The notes under the pieces were generated by a model, which had not been told where the DNA came from, searched no databases, and worked only from the letters and a program-made list of their open reading frames with translations. A stretch of DNA of 64,000 nt from Acutalibacteraceae bacterium (GTDB lineage Bacteria > Bacillota > Clostridia > Christensenellales > CAG-138): assembly GCA_963640685.1 (NCBI GenBank), contig CAVIAA010000003.1:389-64388 (forward strand), written 5' to 3'. Within the stretch, counting starts at the first letter, position 1; every line of letters begins with the position of its first letter. The position numbers were made by a program, and so were the translations under genes. This document shows, one piece after another, positions 53,041 through 62,352 of the stretch.

Positions 53041-54510
53041 TTACTTCATAACGGTGCCGTCCGCAAGGGTGATGGTATGGCCGTTATAGTCTATCTTGCC
53101 GTTGTTTACAACGCTGGTCACGGTGCAGTCCCCGGTCAGTTTCCAGGTGCAGCCGCTCTCGATGGTTATAGCTGCATTGTTATCGACCGCCGTGCCGCCC
53201 TCGGCGTTGTCGGTTATGTTCACCGTGCCGGTAAAGCTGCTGCCGTTCTTCAGCGTCAATGTGAGGGTGGATATGGAATCCACGACGATATCGCCCTCAA
53301 GCGTCTGGCTGTCCGCCGTGACCTCGGCCTGCGCCCCGTTTCCGCCCGCGGTGCCCCAGCCGTGCGATGCGTCGTTGCCCGCAACGTTCAAAAGGTAGCC
53401 CTTGCCCTTGTTGTCTATTTCAACGCCGGAGAGGCTTATTACGCTGTGGGTGTTGGTGACGTATATAACGTCGCCGCTGTTGGAAACCAGCTTTCCGCCC
53501 TTCATTGAGAACGCCGCGGTGCCGACCTCTGCATCGCCGGACATGGACTGGTAGATCATCACGTTATGCACGTTGATATCCGAGCTCGAGCCCTTGGTCT
53601 TGCTCATGTTGCCGGAAACGGTGCAGTCGCTGAGCTCGATTGAGTTCTTACCCTCGATGACCAGCGCCTCGGAGTTCTTGGCGGTGAGTGTCGCATTGCT
53701 TACGGTTATATCCGCCGTTGAGTATACCGCGGGGGAGTTATAGCCGGAGCTCGTGTATTCGCCGCCGGTAACGTTTACCGTACCGCCGCCCCTGTCGGAG
53801 CGGATAGCGGCGGAGGAATTGCCCGCCGTGCTTACGGTCAGGTTCTCGGCGTTGGTGGTTCCGCCGCCGGTGGTCTGTATGCCGCCGGAGTTATCCTTCG
53901 TCGTGGTTATCTTGGTATCGTACACGTTCACAACGGTGTTTTCGCCGTAGCTGAATATTCCGTTGCCGTTCTGAGCAGAGGAGGTCACGGTCGAGTCCTT
54001 TATGGTTATGACCGCGCCGTTCGTCGCAAGCACTGCGGCGTTTGCGCCGTAAAAGTCGCCGTTTTCGGCATTAGAGGAGCTGCCTGCGGACTTATCCACG
54101 GTTATCCCCTCGAATATCACCTCTGCGCCGTCCACCCTGAGCGCGTTTTCGTCGTCGCCTGTCGAGGTATAGCCTTCACCCTCGTAGCTGCCGTTTTCGC
54201 TTACGGTGTTTGCGCTGCTGCCCTGGTCTATCTCGCCGCCGCCCGGGCCTCCCGGGCCTCCCTCGCCCGGCTTGCCGTCAGGCTTCTCTCCGGGCTTGCC
54301 GTCAGGCTTTTCGCCCGGCTCTCCGTCCGGCTTTTCGCCCGGCTTGCCGTCAGGCGGTTCCCCCGGCTCCCCGTCGGGCTTTTCGCCCGGCTCGCCCTCG
54401 CTCTCCTGTGTTGTCGTCTGCTGTGTATCTGCAGTGCCGCTGCTGCAGGCCGCTGCGGAAAGACCCAGCAGCAGTGCCAGTACCAGTGCCATTAGCTTCT
54501 TTGTGTGCAT
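53041..54510 (-). CDS. Secreted lipoprotein with a collagen-like Pro/Gly/Glu/Lys repeat linker and a predicted right-handed beta-helix (Cthe_2159-like carbohydrate-binding) domain
   Basis: Lipobox LSAAACSS. The linker has GEKPDGxP repeats. It is followed by long G/S/T/N-rich repeats with regularly spaced V/I (..VTSSAQNGNGIFSYGENTVVNVYDTKITTTKDNSGGIQTTGGGT..) typical of parallel beta-helix proteins. Confidence 0.6.
   Translation of the reverse strand: MHTKKLMALVLALLLGLSAAACSSGTADTQQTTTQESEGEPGEKPDGEPGEPPDGKPGEKPDGEPGEKPDGKPGEKPDGKPGEGGPGGPGGGEIDQGSSANTVSENGSYEGEGYTSTGDDENALRVDGAEVIFEGITVDKSAGSSSNAENGDFYGANAAVLATNGAVITIKDSTVTSSAQNGNGIFSYGENTVVNVYDTKITTTKDNSGGIQTTGGGTTNAENLTVSTAGNSSAAIRSDRGGGTVNVTGGEYTSSGYNSPAVYSTADITVSNATLTAKNSEALVIEGKNSIELSDCTVSGNMSKTKGSSSDINVHNVMIYQSMSGDAEVGTAAFSMKGGKLVSNSGDVIYVTNTHSVISLSGVEIDNKGKGYLLNVAGNDASHGWGTAGGNGAQAEVTADSQTLEGDIVVDSISTLTLTLKNGSSFTGTVNITDNAEGGTAVDNNAAITIESGCTWKLTGDCTVTSVVNNGKIDYNGHTITLADGTVMK
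54266..54405 (-). repeat. About 5.5 tandem 24-bp coding repeats (PGEKPDGK units)
   Basis: On the plus strand, cccggcttgccgtcaggcttctct and its variants are repeated head to tail. Confidence 0.75.
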
Positions 54511-54792
54511 TTCTTTTCGGTTCCTTTCTGTTTGGTTTTCTGTTCTAAAGCATACGCTTCAACCTTGGCATAATATTGGCAGCCGCTTAAACTTTTTTTG
54601 TTGAATTGCGGCTAAATTTTATAAGTATTCCGTTTCAAAATCCTTCTTATTTATCATTGCTTTTAGTCCTCAGTTGATGTATTATGCTTTTCTGAGCGTC
54701 GATATCATCAGCCGGCAGCTTCACGCGGGTTTTGCGGCTTGGCTGATGACATGGCTATTTTTTTGTTTAAAAGTGAGGATGAAACAAACCGT

Positions 54793-56139
54793 ATGAATAA
54801 CGATCTTACCGTTGGGAGCATCGGCAGAAAGCTCGGCGCATACTTTGTGCCGATAGCCGCCGGAACGCTTTTTCAGCAGCTTTACAACGCGGCGGACGCC
54901 ATCGTCGTCGGTAAATTCGTCGGCACGGTAGCCCTTGCCGCCGTCGGCGGCAGCTCCGCAAACATAACCAACCTTATCATAGGCTTCTTCGTTGCGCTCT
55001 CCGGCGGCTCCGCCGTTGTAATTGCGCAGCTTTTCGGCGCAAATGACGAGGAGCGCATACGCAAGGCTACCGGCACCGCGGTGGCCTTCTGCCTGATATC
55101 CGGCATCGTACTGACCGTTGTAGGCTATATCGGCACGCCGTTCTTCCTTCGCGTGCTCAAGTCGCCCGAGAACACCATGGCGGATTCCATAACCTACCTG
55201 CGCATAGTCTTCCTCGGGGTAACGGCGCAGCTGCTCTATAACATGGAGGCGGGCATACTGCGCGCCGTCGGCGACTCCAAAAGCCCCTTCATCTACCTGC
55301 TGATATGCTGCGTTGCAAACATATTCCTCGACCTGCTGCTCGTTGCTGTGTTCCATATGGGGGTAGCCGGTGCAGCAATAGCAACGATAGCCTCTCAGAT
55401 AATGAGCGCAGCGATGGCAACGGTAAAGCTGATGCGCTCAAAGGAGTCATACAGGATAAGCCCGAGCACAGTATGCCTGAACAGGGAGCTGCTCGGCAGT
55501 ATGCTTATGATAGGCGTGCCCGCCGGGCTTCAGTCCTCGATGTATGCGATATCGAATATGATAATACAGATCGCGATCAACCTGCTTGGAACCACTACAA
55601 TTGCCGCCTGGTCGCTTACGAGCAAGATAGACGGCTTCTACTGGGCCTGCAGCAACGCCGCAGGCATCGCCGTTATGAATTTTTCGGCGCAAAACTACGG
55701 CGCGGGTCATTTGGACAGGGTACACGGCTGCGAAAAGTTCAGCATGAAGGTGTTCCTCGGCGTTACGGTGCTCTTTAGCGCCGCGCTGCTCGCCGCCAGC
55801 CGCTTCGCGCTGCCGGTATTCACAAACGACGCGGCGGTCATCGCCCAAACGCAGCAGATGATGCTCTACCTTGTGCCGCTGTACTTTACCTGGACGTACA
55901 TAGAGATAGTTTCCGGCGTTCTGCGCGGAATGGGCGACGCACTCGTTCCCATGGTAATAATCGGCGTCGGCGTGTGCCTGCTCCGCGTGGTGTGGGTAGC
56001 TACGGTATACCGCGCCTACGGCTCGGTGCTCAGCGTTTGCCTCGCGTACCCGATATCCTGGGTTGTCACCGATATAGCGTTCGTCTTCTATTACAGCTGG
56101 GTAAAGCGTGTGCACGGCATTGGGCAGGCTGAGATTTAA
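54793..56139 (+). CDS. MATE-family efflux transporter
   Basis: N-terminus GSIGRKLGAYFVPIAAGTLFQQLYNAADAIVVGKFVG is typical of MATE. 12 TM helices. Start is uncertain (ATG 54793 or in-frame ATG 54751). Confidence 0.85.
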   Translation: MNNDLTVGSIGRKLGAYFVPIAAGTLFQQLYNAADAIVVGKFVGTVALAAVGGSSANITNLIIGFFVALSGGSAVVIAQLFGANDEERIRKATGTAVAFCLISGIVLTVVGYIGTPFFLRVLKSPENTMADSITYLRIVFLGVTAQLLYNMEAGILRAVGDSKSPFIYLLICCVANIFLDLLLVAVFHMGVAGAAIATIASQIMSAAMATVKLMRSKESYRISPSTVCLNRELLGSMLMIGVPAGLQSSMYAISNMIIQIAINLLGTTTIAAWSLTSKIDGFYWACSNAAGIAVMNFSAQNYGAGHLDRVHGCEKFSMKVFLGVTVLFSAALLAASRFALPVFTNDAAVIAQTQQMMLYLVPLYFTWTYIEIVSGVLRGMGDALVPMVIIGVGVCLLRVVWVATVYRAYGSVLSVCLAYPISWVVTDIAFVFYYSWVKRVHGIGQAEI

Positions 56140-56165
56140 TATAAAAATTTAAGATAAGAATTTAA

Positions 56166-56203
56166 GATAAAAGAAGCGCGGCTCTCCGCGCTTCTCTTTG
56201 TGT
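56166..56203. terminator. Bidirectional terminator between MATE and the lipid kinase gene
   Basis: AGAAGCGCGG CTCT CCGCGCTTCT is flanked by an A-run and a T-rich tract. Confidence 0.6.
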
Positions 56204-56209
56204 TATAAG

Positions 56210-57109
56210 CTATGAGTTTTTTATAAGTCTTATTGCGTTGGGTACGTTCTCTATGATTATGTGCTCGCAGCCCTCCTGATGCTCGCCGTCCAGCGACCAG
56301 TCCATATCCGCGCTGGCGAATACCTCGGCTCGGTCGGTGCGTATAAAGTCTATCATGCTGCATTCGTACTGCTTGTTGGCGACGGCCGTCAGTATCTCGT
56401 TGAGCTCTATTGCGGAGCTTGGCATATGCACCAGCATTATCTCGAACTTACCGTCGTTCATATCCACGACCTCCGGATCCAGCGTCAGCACCCCGCCGAG
56501 CGAGGTCGAGTTGCTGACGGCGCCAAAGAGCAGGTCGCTTCGGTATTCTCTGCCGTTTGCAAGCAGTCTTACCTGCTCCGGGTGTATGCTGCCGAGGCTC
56601 TTCATGCCCTCCAGTATATACGCAAGGTGCCCGAGGGCGTTTTTTATGTTCTGCGGCGTTTCGTAGGATGCGCGGGTAAACGCGCCAAAGGAGGCGACGT
56701 AGGTAAAATACCGCTGCTGGAACCTGCCCGCGTCCACCGTTTGCGGCTCGCCCTCCATTATGTCCCTTGCAGCATCCATTATATCCGAGGAAAGGTGCAG
56801 GCTGTTTGCAAAGTCGTTGGTGCTGCCGGCGGGTATGTAGCCGACCGGCACATCAAGCCCCGCCGTGAGCATTCCTGTGACGGTCTCGTTGAAGGTGCCG
56901 TCCCCGCCGATGCTTACTATGAGCTCCGCCCTCTGCCCGTGCCTTTGAACGAACTCCGTGGCGTCTCCCCGCTTTTTGGTTACGCAAACGAGGCTCTGCC
57001 AGCCATAGCCGTAAAACAGCGCTATTATATCTGGAAGAAGCCTGCGCGCGCTTCTCATACCTGCCTCGGGGTTAAGTATCAGCAGCAGCGTTTTATCCGG
57101 TTCATTCAT
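56210..57109 (-). CDS. Diacylglycerol/lipid kinase family protein (YegS/DagK-like)
   Basis: LLILNPEAG, GGDGTFNE and the C-terminal accessory domain. Start at ATG 57109 after GGAGGA. Confidence 0.85.
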   Translation of the reverse strand: MNEPDKTLLLILNPEAGMRSARRLLPDIIALFYGYGWQSLVCVTKKRGDATEFVQRHGQRAELIVSIGGDGTFNETVTGMLTAGLDVPVGYIPAGSTNDFANSLHLSSDIMDAARDIMEGEPQTVDAGRFQQRYFTYVASFGAFTRASYETPQNIKNALGHLAYILEGMKSLGSIHPEQVRLLANGREYRSDLLFGAVSNSTSLGGVLTLDPEVVDMNDGKFEIMLVHMPSSAIELNEILTAVANKQYECSMIDFIRTDRAEVFASADMDWSLDGEHQEGCEHIIIENVPNAIRLIKNS

Positions 57110-57223
57110 GCCCTTATCCCATCCTCCGTTTGACCGTTCTAGGGTACGTTGCATACTATATGATAACATTATATCGCCGAATATTCTACGGCTGTTTTTA
57201 TGCAAAAAAATTCAAGGCCGGTA

Positions 57224-57252
57224 TTGACAGCGTGTTTATACGGTGATACAAT
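57224..57252 (+). promoter_or_regulatory. Promoter TTGACA, 17 nt spacer, TACAAT of the T-box leader
   Basis: -35 at 57224-57229 and -10 at 57247-57252 with an exact 17-nt spacer. Confidence 0.7.
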
Positions 57253-57257
57253 GCAAA

Positions 57258-57545
57258 AAACCGTTGAGGAAGAGTAAGTAAGCTTCGATGCTGTTCTTGC
57301 AGAGAGCCGCGGGTGGTGAGATCGCGGCAGGATAAGGCGGAGCCGAATGGACTTCTGAGGGCGACCGGAAACGGGGCATTTGCCTCGGAGTATGCGAGAC
57401 GGAGCAAGGCTCTCCGTAAACAAAGGCCGGCGTATCAGGAGTACGCACAAAGGGGGCGCGTATGCGCCAAGCCGGGTGGCACCGCAGGAATATTTCTCCT
57501 GTCCCAGCAACGCAAAAATTGCTGCGGCAGGAGTTTTTATTTTAT
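57258..57545 (+). promoter_or_regulatory. T-box riboswitch leader; probable specifier codon UGG (Trp)
   Basis: Stem I has the AGAGA/GGTGGTGAGA distal motifs (CAGAGAGCCGCGGGTGGTGAGATCGCGG). The specifier-loop context is CCGAA-TGG-A at 57348-57350. The T-box sequence is GCCGGGTGGCACCGCAGG. The terminator is CTCCTGTCCCAGCAA..TTGCTGCGGCAGGAG plus TTTTTATTTT (57496-57545). Confidence 0.85.
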
Positions 57546-57589
57546 TAAATTTTTTGAGCTTACAGCTTATGAAAGGAAGGAACAAAAAA

Positions 57590-58657
57590 ATGAAGAAGTT
57601 TATCGCACTGCTGCTCACCGCGCTCATGGCGCTCTGCTGCCTGACCGCCTGCTCCGGCACTTCAAGCGGCACCTCTGCCGGCACCTCAACCGAGGCCGCC
57701 TCCGGCAGCAACGTCAAGGTCGGCATATGCAACTACGTTGACGATGCCTCGCTAAACCAGATAGTGGACAGCATACAGTCCCGCCTGAACGAAATTGGCG
57801 CCGAAAAGGGCGTTACCTTTGACGTATCCTACGACAACTGCAACGCTGACGCCAACCTCATGTCCCAGATAATATCAAACTTCATCGCCGACGGCGTTGA
57901 CATCATGATAGGCGTTGCGACCCCTGTTGCAATGGCGATGCAGGCAGCAACCGAGGATAACCAGATACCCGTCGTGTTCGCCGCGGTATCCGACCCCGTA
58001 TCCACCGGCCTTGTGGATTCCCTCGAGGCCCCGGGCAGCAACGTTACCGGCACCTCGGATTACCTCGACACCGCAGCGGTAATGAACCTCATGTTTGCGG
58101 CAAACCCGAACACAAAAAAGGTCGCGCTGCTGTATGACCTCGGTCAGGACTCCTCCGCGACCCCAATCGCCGCCGCAAAGGCAGACCTTGACGCGCGCAA
58201 CGTCGAATATTCGGACTACACCGGCACCACGGTGGACGAGGTCGTTCTCGCCGTTCAGTCCATAATCGCAGACGGAGCGGACGCGGTATTCACCCCGACC
58301 GACAACACCGTAATGAAGGCGGAGCTGAGCATATACGAGTTGCTTGCGGACGCCGGCATACCCCACTACACCGGCGCTGACTCCTTTGCGCTCAACGGCG
58401 CCTTCCTCGGCTACGGCGTGGACTACGCAAACCTCGGCCGCGAGACCGCGGACATGGTCGCAAGCATAGCGCTGGACGGCAAAAACCCCGCGGAGCTGCC
58501 CGTGCTCACCTTCGATAACGGCTGCGCAACGGTAAACACCGAGACCTGCGAGGCGCTGGGCTACAATTACGACGAAATAGAGCAGGCCTTCGCTCCGTAC
58601 TGCACAAAGGTAGAGAGCATCGTCACCGCCGAAAGCTTTGACGAGCTCAACAAATAG
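57590..58657 (+). CDS. ABC transporter substrate-binding lipoprotein (ABC_sub_bind / TrpX-like family)
   Basis: Lipobox CLTACSG. Layout of the PF04392-type binding proteins (VKVGICNYVDDASLNQ...GVATPVAMAM...). ATG 57590 after GGAAGGA. Confidence 0.8.
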   Translation: MKKFIALLLTALMALCCLTACSGTSSGTSAGTSTEAASGSNVKVGICNYVDDASLNQIVDSIQSRLNEIGAEKGVTFDVSYDNCNADANLMSQIISNFIADGVDIMIGVATPVAMAMQAATEDNQIPVVFAAVSDPVSTGLVDSLEAPGSNVTGTSDYLDTAAVMNLMFAANPNTKKVALLYDLGQDSSATPIAAAKADLDARNVEYSDYTGTTVDEVVLAVQSIIADGADAVFTPTDNTVMKAELSIYELLADAGIPHYTGADSFALNGAFLGYGVDYANLGRETADMVASIALDGKNPAELPVLTFDNGCATVNTETCEALGYNYDEIEQAFAPYCTKVESIVTAESFDELNK

Positions 58658-58693
58658 CATCACTTAAAAATAAACCTGAAAGGCGTATTTGAA

Positions 58694-59611
58694 ATGTCAC
58701 TTTCCTCCTCCCTCGGCCTGCTTCAAACGGCGCTTGAGCTCGGGCTGATATCCTCGCTCACGGTGCTGGCGCTGTTCCTCAGCTATTCCATGCTGAACGT
58801 GTGCGACCTATCCACCGACGGCTGCTTTACCCTTGGCGCCGTCGTTGGCGCCGCGGTCGCGATAGCGGGGCATCCGTATCTTTCGCTGCCGCTTGCAATG
58901 CTTGCGGGAGTGGTATCCGGCTTTGTAACGGCGCTGCTTCAAACCAAGATGGGCATAAACAGCCTGCTCGCGGGCATAATCGTAAACACGGCGCTGTATT
59001 CCGTGAACATCGCGATAATGGGCGGCTCCTCGATACTCAACATGAACAAGACCGAAACTGTGTTTACCCTCGCAAAGGGGGCGCTCGGCAGCCAGTATAA
59101 GCTCTGCGTGATAGCCATAGCTGTGCTTGCAGTCGGCGTGCTGCTGTGGCTCTTCCTCAGAACCAGGCTCGGGCTTGCGATACGCGCAACGGGCGACAAT
59201 CCGGATATGGTGCGCTCCTCCTCAATTAACCCGGACTTTACCACCATCGTCGGCCTCTCCGTTGCAAACAGCTTTACCGCCCTTTCCGGCTGCCTCCTTG
59301 CGCAGTCCCAAAAGTCGGTGAATATCGACATAGGCTCCGGCATGGTGACCATCGCCCTCGCCTCGCTGCTAATAGGCAACGCCTTCATGGGCAGGCGCAG
59401 GATGTCGCTCAGGATATTCGGCATGGTGATAGGCGCGTTCGTGTTCAGGCTGGTATATACCGTTGCGCTGCGCTTCAATATGCCCGCGTTCATGCTCAAG
59501 CTGGTCTCCTCCGTGATAGTCATTGCGGCGATATCCATCCCGTATTTGAAGGGGCGCATGCCGCTCTACCGGCGAAGGCTCGAAAGGCGCAGAGAAGGGA
59601 GGGCTGCGTAA
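58694..59611 (+). CDS. ABC transporter permease (branched-chain-type fold, TrpY-like)
   Basis: 305 aa, hydrophobic, tightly linked between the binding protein and ATPase genes. Confidence 0.8.
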   Translation: MSLSSSLGLLQTALELGLISSLTVLALFLSYSMLNVCDLSTDGCFTLGAVVGAAVAIAGHPYLSLPLAMLAGVVSGFVTALLQTKMGINSLLAGIIVNTALYSVNIAIMGGSSILNMNKTETVFTLAKGALGSQYKLCVIAIAVLAVGVLLWLFLRTRLGLAIRATGDNPDMVRSSSINPDFTTIVGLSVANSFTALSGCLLAQSQKSVNIDIGSGMVTIALASLLIGNAFMGRRRMSLRIFGMVIGAFVFRLVYTVALRFNMPAFMLKLVSSVIVIAAISIPYLKGRMPLYRRRLERRREGRAA

Positions 59612-60396
59612 TGCTTGATATCTCGCACATTTCAAAGGCCTTTAACCCGGGCACGCCAAACGAAAAGCTTGCGCTGAATGACCTTTCGCTCAGCGTTAAA
59701 AAGGGTGACTTTGTGACCATTATCGGCGCAAACGGCTCCGGCAAGTCCACGCTGCTGAACGCCATCGCGGGCAGCTTTATTACCGACAGCGGAACCATAA
59801 CAATGGCCGGTTATGACATCACCCTCATGCCGGCGCACGTCAGGGCAAAGCACATAGGCAGGCTCTTTCAGGATCCCATGAAGGGCACCGCGCCCAACAT
59901 GACCATTGAGGAGAACCTCGCCCTCGCCTCGGGCAAAGGGGGGTGGCTCGGCCGCCTTTCAAAGAAGGACAAGGCGGAGCTTCGCGACAGGGTCGCAATG
60001 CTCAATATGGGTCTTGAGGATCGCATGCAGGATCTGGTCGGAACGCTTTCCGGCGGGCGGCGGCAGGCGCTTACGCTGATGATGGCCACTATAAACCCGC
60101 CAATGCTGCTCCTGCTCGACGAGCACACGGCGGCGCTGGACCCCTCCGCTGCGGAGAGAGTGCTGGAGCTGACCACCTCGATAGTTGAGGAAAACGGTCT
60201 TACCTGCCTTATGGTAACGCACAATATGCAGTCCGCGCTCGACCTTGGCAGCCGCACCGTAATGATGGACGCAGGGCAGATAGTAATGGACGTATCCGGC
60301 GCGGAGCGGGCGGTGCTGGAGGTCGCAGACCTGCTGCTGCGCTTTAAGGAGATATCCGGCCGCGCACTGAGCAACGACAGGATGCTGCTGATATAA
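59611..60396 (+). CDS. ABC transporter ATP-binding protein (TrpZ-like)
   Basis: Walker A GANGSGKST, signature LSGGRRQA, Walker B LLLLDEHTAALD. Confidence 0.9.
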   Translation: MLDISHISKAFNPGTPNEKLALNDLSLSVKKGDFVTIIGANGSGKSTLLNAIAGSFITDSGTITMAGYDITLMPAHVRAKHIGRLFQDPMKGTAPNMTIEENLALASGKGGWLGRLSKKDKAELRDRVAMLNMGLEDRMQDLVGTLSGGRRQALTLMMATINPPMLLLLDEHTAALDPSAAERVLELTTSIVEENGLTCLMVTHNMQSALDLGSRTVMMDAGQIVMDVSGAERAVLEVADLLLRFKEISGRALSNDRMLLI

Positions 60397-60407
60397 GTTA
60401 AATCAAA

Positions 60408-60438
60408 ACAAAAAGAGGGCTCGCCCCTCTTTTTTTGC
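60408..60438. terminator. Bidirectional terminator
   Basis: AAAAAGAGGGCTCGCCCCTCTTTTTTTG. Confidence 0.6.
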
Positions 60439-60452
60439 TGTATCTGCGCTTA

Positions 60453-61331
60453 TTAGACCTTGTGTATGAAGTTTCCGTTTATATACACGCCGCTGTTGGC
60501 TATTATAAACGCCTCCGGATCCGCGCTCTTTACTATGCGCTCAAGCTGCTCCAGCTCGTAGCGGTTTATGCAGGTGCAGAGCACCGCCGTTGGCTCGTTG
60601 GTGTATGCGCCAGTGCCCTCCCAGCGGGTCACGCCGCGGCCGGTCTCCTTCATTATTTCCGAAGGTATGGTATTATCCCTCAGCTTTGTGAATATCAGCG
60701 CCTGAACGTTTATGCTCTGCTGGTGTACCCTGTCGAGGGTAAGCGTTGCGAACACCATCGCTATCACGGAATACAGCACCACCTCAAAGTCATAGCGGAA
60801 AAGGCAAATCACAAACATCAGTATGTTTATCATTATGGTAAAGCGGCCGACGCTTAGCCCGTTTTTCTTTGAAATATACATGCCCAGCATATCAAAGCCG
60901 CCGACCGTGCAGCCGCAGGTCATGACTATTCCGTCGCCCACGCCGACGCAGACGCCGCCGATTATTACCGAGGTCAGCTTATCGTCCACGAGCGGGCTGG
61001 AGGGAACGGGTATAAGCGCAGTCGCAAGCGAAAACACTATCGAAAAAACTATCGCCCTCATCAAAAAGGAGCGGCCGAGGCTCTTGTAGGTTATGAAGAA
61101 TATCGGCACGCTTATGATATAGTAAAGCACGCCCGCGAGGTCTATGCCGCTGAGCACAAGGCCAAAGTCCTCCTTGAGCATTGAACGGATGAGCTGAGAG
61201 TAGCCCATAAGCCCTGTCGTATAAAGATCGAGCGGCGTCGTGAACAGGTTGGTCCCTATCGCCATCACCACACAGCCCATCGTTGCAAGTAACATGCGGC
61301 CCCAGGCGGAGCGCAGAGTGCTGTTGTACAT
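60453..61331 (-). CDS. YitT-family membrane protein with C-terminal DUF2179 domain
   Basis: N-terminal YitT TM repeats (GTNLFTTPLDLYTTGLMG) and a C-terminal soluble DUF2179-like segment (RGVTRWEGTGAYTNE..). Confidence 0.8.
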   Translation of the reverse strand: MYNSTLRSAWGRMLLATMGCVVMAIGTNLFTTPLDLYTTGLMGYSQLIRSMLKEDFGLVLSGIDLAGVLYYIISVPIFFITYKSLGRSFLMRAIVFSIVFSLATALIPVPSSPLVDDKLTSVIIGGVCVGVGDGIVMTCGCTVGGFDMLGMYISKKNGLSVGRFTIMINILMFVICLFRYDFEVVLYSVIAMVFATLTLDRVHQQSINVQALIFTKLRDNTIPSEIMKETGRGVTRWEGTGAYTNEPTAVLCTCINRYELEQLERIVKSADPEAFIIANSGVYINGNFIHKV

Positions 61332-61423
61332 TGATAAATTTCCTCCGAAATATGGCTTTTTAACCGAGCAATTATATCACACGCCGGAGGAACTTCAAGT
61401 ACCAGATATTAAAATTTTATCTG

Positions 61424-62332
61424 TTATTTATTGCGTTTCTCGTCGTCGCCCCCCTGCGCGTTTCTTTCAACGGCGTGGCGAATATACTGTATCATTTTCC
61501 GCGCGGCAGGCGAGGCGTTCTTGAGCGAGGGCAGCGCAATGCCCATCGTGCAATGCCGCGGCGGGTCGAGCGGGCGAACCGCGACCCTGTCCGCATAGTC
61601 GCTCGTTACAAGGCGGTTCATTATGCTTATGCCCAATCCGCAGCGTATCATCGAGAGCAGCGCGATATTCTCTATCGTGGAAAACTGAATGTCCGGCTTT
61701 ATCGCAAGCTCGTCGAGTATCAGCATAACGTCCCTGTCGTGCCCGCCTGCCGGCATTATAAAGGGCTGGCCGTTTATCTCCTCCGCCCTTATCGCCCCCT
61801 TGCCGGAGAGCGGATGATCCGGCGGCAGCACGACCACCATCTGATCCTCCCTGAGCGGTATCCACTCATGGTCGCTCCCGCCGGGCAGGTAGGTGTATAT
61901 GCAGAAATCCAGCTTGTATTCGTCCATCCACTGATCCAGCTCCTGATGCGTCCCCTCCATTAGCTGCATCTTTATCCTCGGGTAATTCCTGTGGAAGTCC
62001 ATCATTATCTGCGGCAGCCACTGCGAGGCGATGCTCGGGTATGAGCCTATGGTGACGGTACCCTTGTCTATGCCGGTAAGCTCCGCCGCCTGCTGCTTGA
62101 GCAGCGTTTCGCTGCGAACAAGCTCCCGCATTGAGGAAAACAGCGCCGCGCCCGCGCTGGTAAGGCTCACACCGCCCCTCCCCCTTTGAAGTATGGTCAC
62201 GCCAAGCTCCGCCTCAACTGCATCTGCCATATGGCTGACGCCGGAGGGAGTATAGCCCATTTCCTCCGCCGCGGCGGAAAAGCTGCCCAGCTCAATGGCT
62301 CTGAGCGTCGCCCTGTATTTCAGCGTATCCGT
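61424..62332 (-). CDS. LysR-family transcriptional regulator (no canonical start codon; see findings)
   Basis: The in-frame upstream extension encodes the LysR HTH (TLKYRATLRAIELGSFSAAAEEMGYTPSGVSHMADAVEAELG), followed by a LysR substrate-binding domain. The first ATG (62260) would delete half of the HTH. The GGAGG RBS at 62341-62345 is positioned for the ACG codon at 62332. Confidence 0.75.
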   Translation of the reverse strand, partial: TDTLKYRATLRAIELGSFSAAAEEMGYTPSGVSHMADAVEAELGVTILQRGRGGVSLTSAGAALFSSMRELVRSETLLKQQAAELTGIDKGTVTIGSYPSIASQWLPQIMMDFHRNYPRIKMQLMEGTHQELDQWMDEYKLDFCIYTYLPGGSDHEWIPLREDQMVVVLPPDHPLSGKGAIRAEEINGQPFIMPAGGHDRDVMLILDELAIKPDIQFSTIENIALLSMIRCGLGISIMNRLVTSDYADRVAVRPLDPPRHCTMGIALPSLKNASPAARKMIQYIRHAVERNAQGGDDEKRNK

Positions 62333-62352
62333 ATTTTGGTCCTCCTCTTTAT

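Noticed and set aside
49790-54410. Short tandem repeats (18-bp and 24-bp units), considered as possible CRISPR or other non-coding arrays.
   Set aside because: They are head to tail without spacers, in frame, and lie inside lipoprotein genes, where they encode linker peptides. They are not CRISPR arrays.
56147-56172. A direct 13-bp duplication, AATTTAAGATAAG/AATTTAAGATAAA, after the MATE stop.
   Set aside because: It is an AT-rich intergenic duplication next to a bidirectional terminator. It has no flanking inverted repeats or associated genes, so it is probably a trivial slippage product.
62258-62335. A suspected frameshift in the LysR gene at the A/T run 62278-62281.
   Set aside because: Recounting showed the run is four bases and that the HTH-coding upstream segment is in frame with the rest of the gene. 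The anomaly is the missing start codon, not a frameshift.
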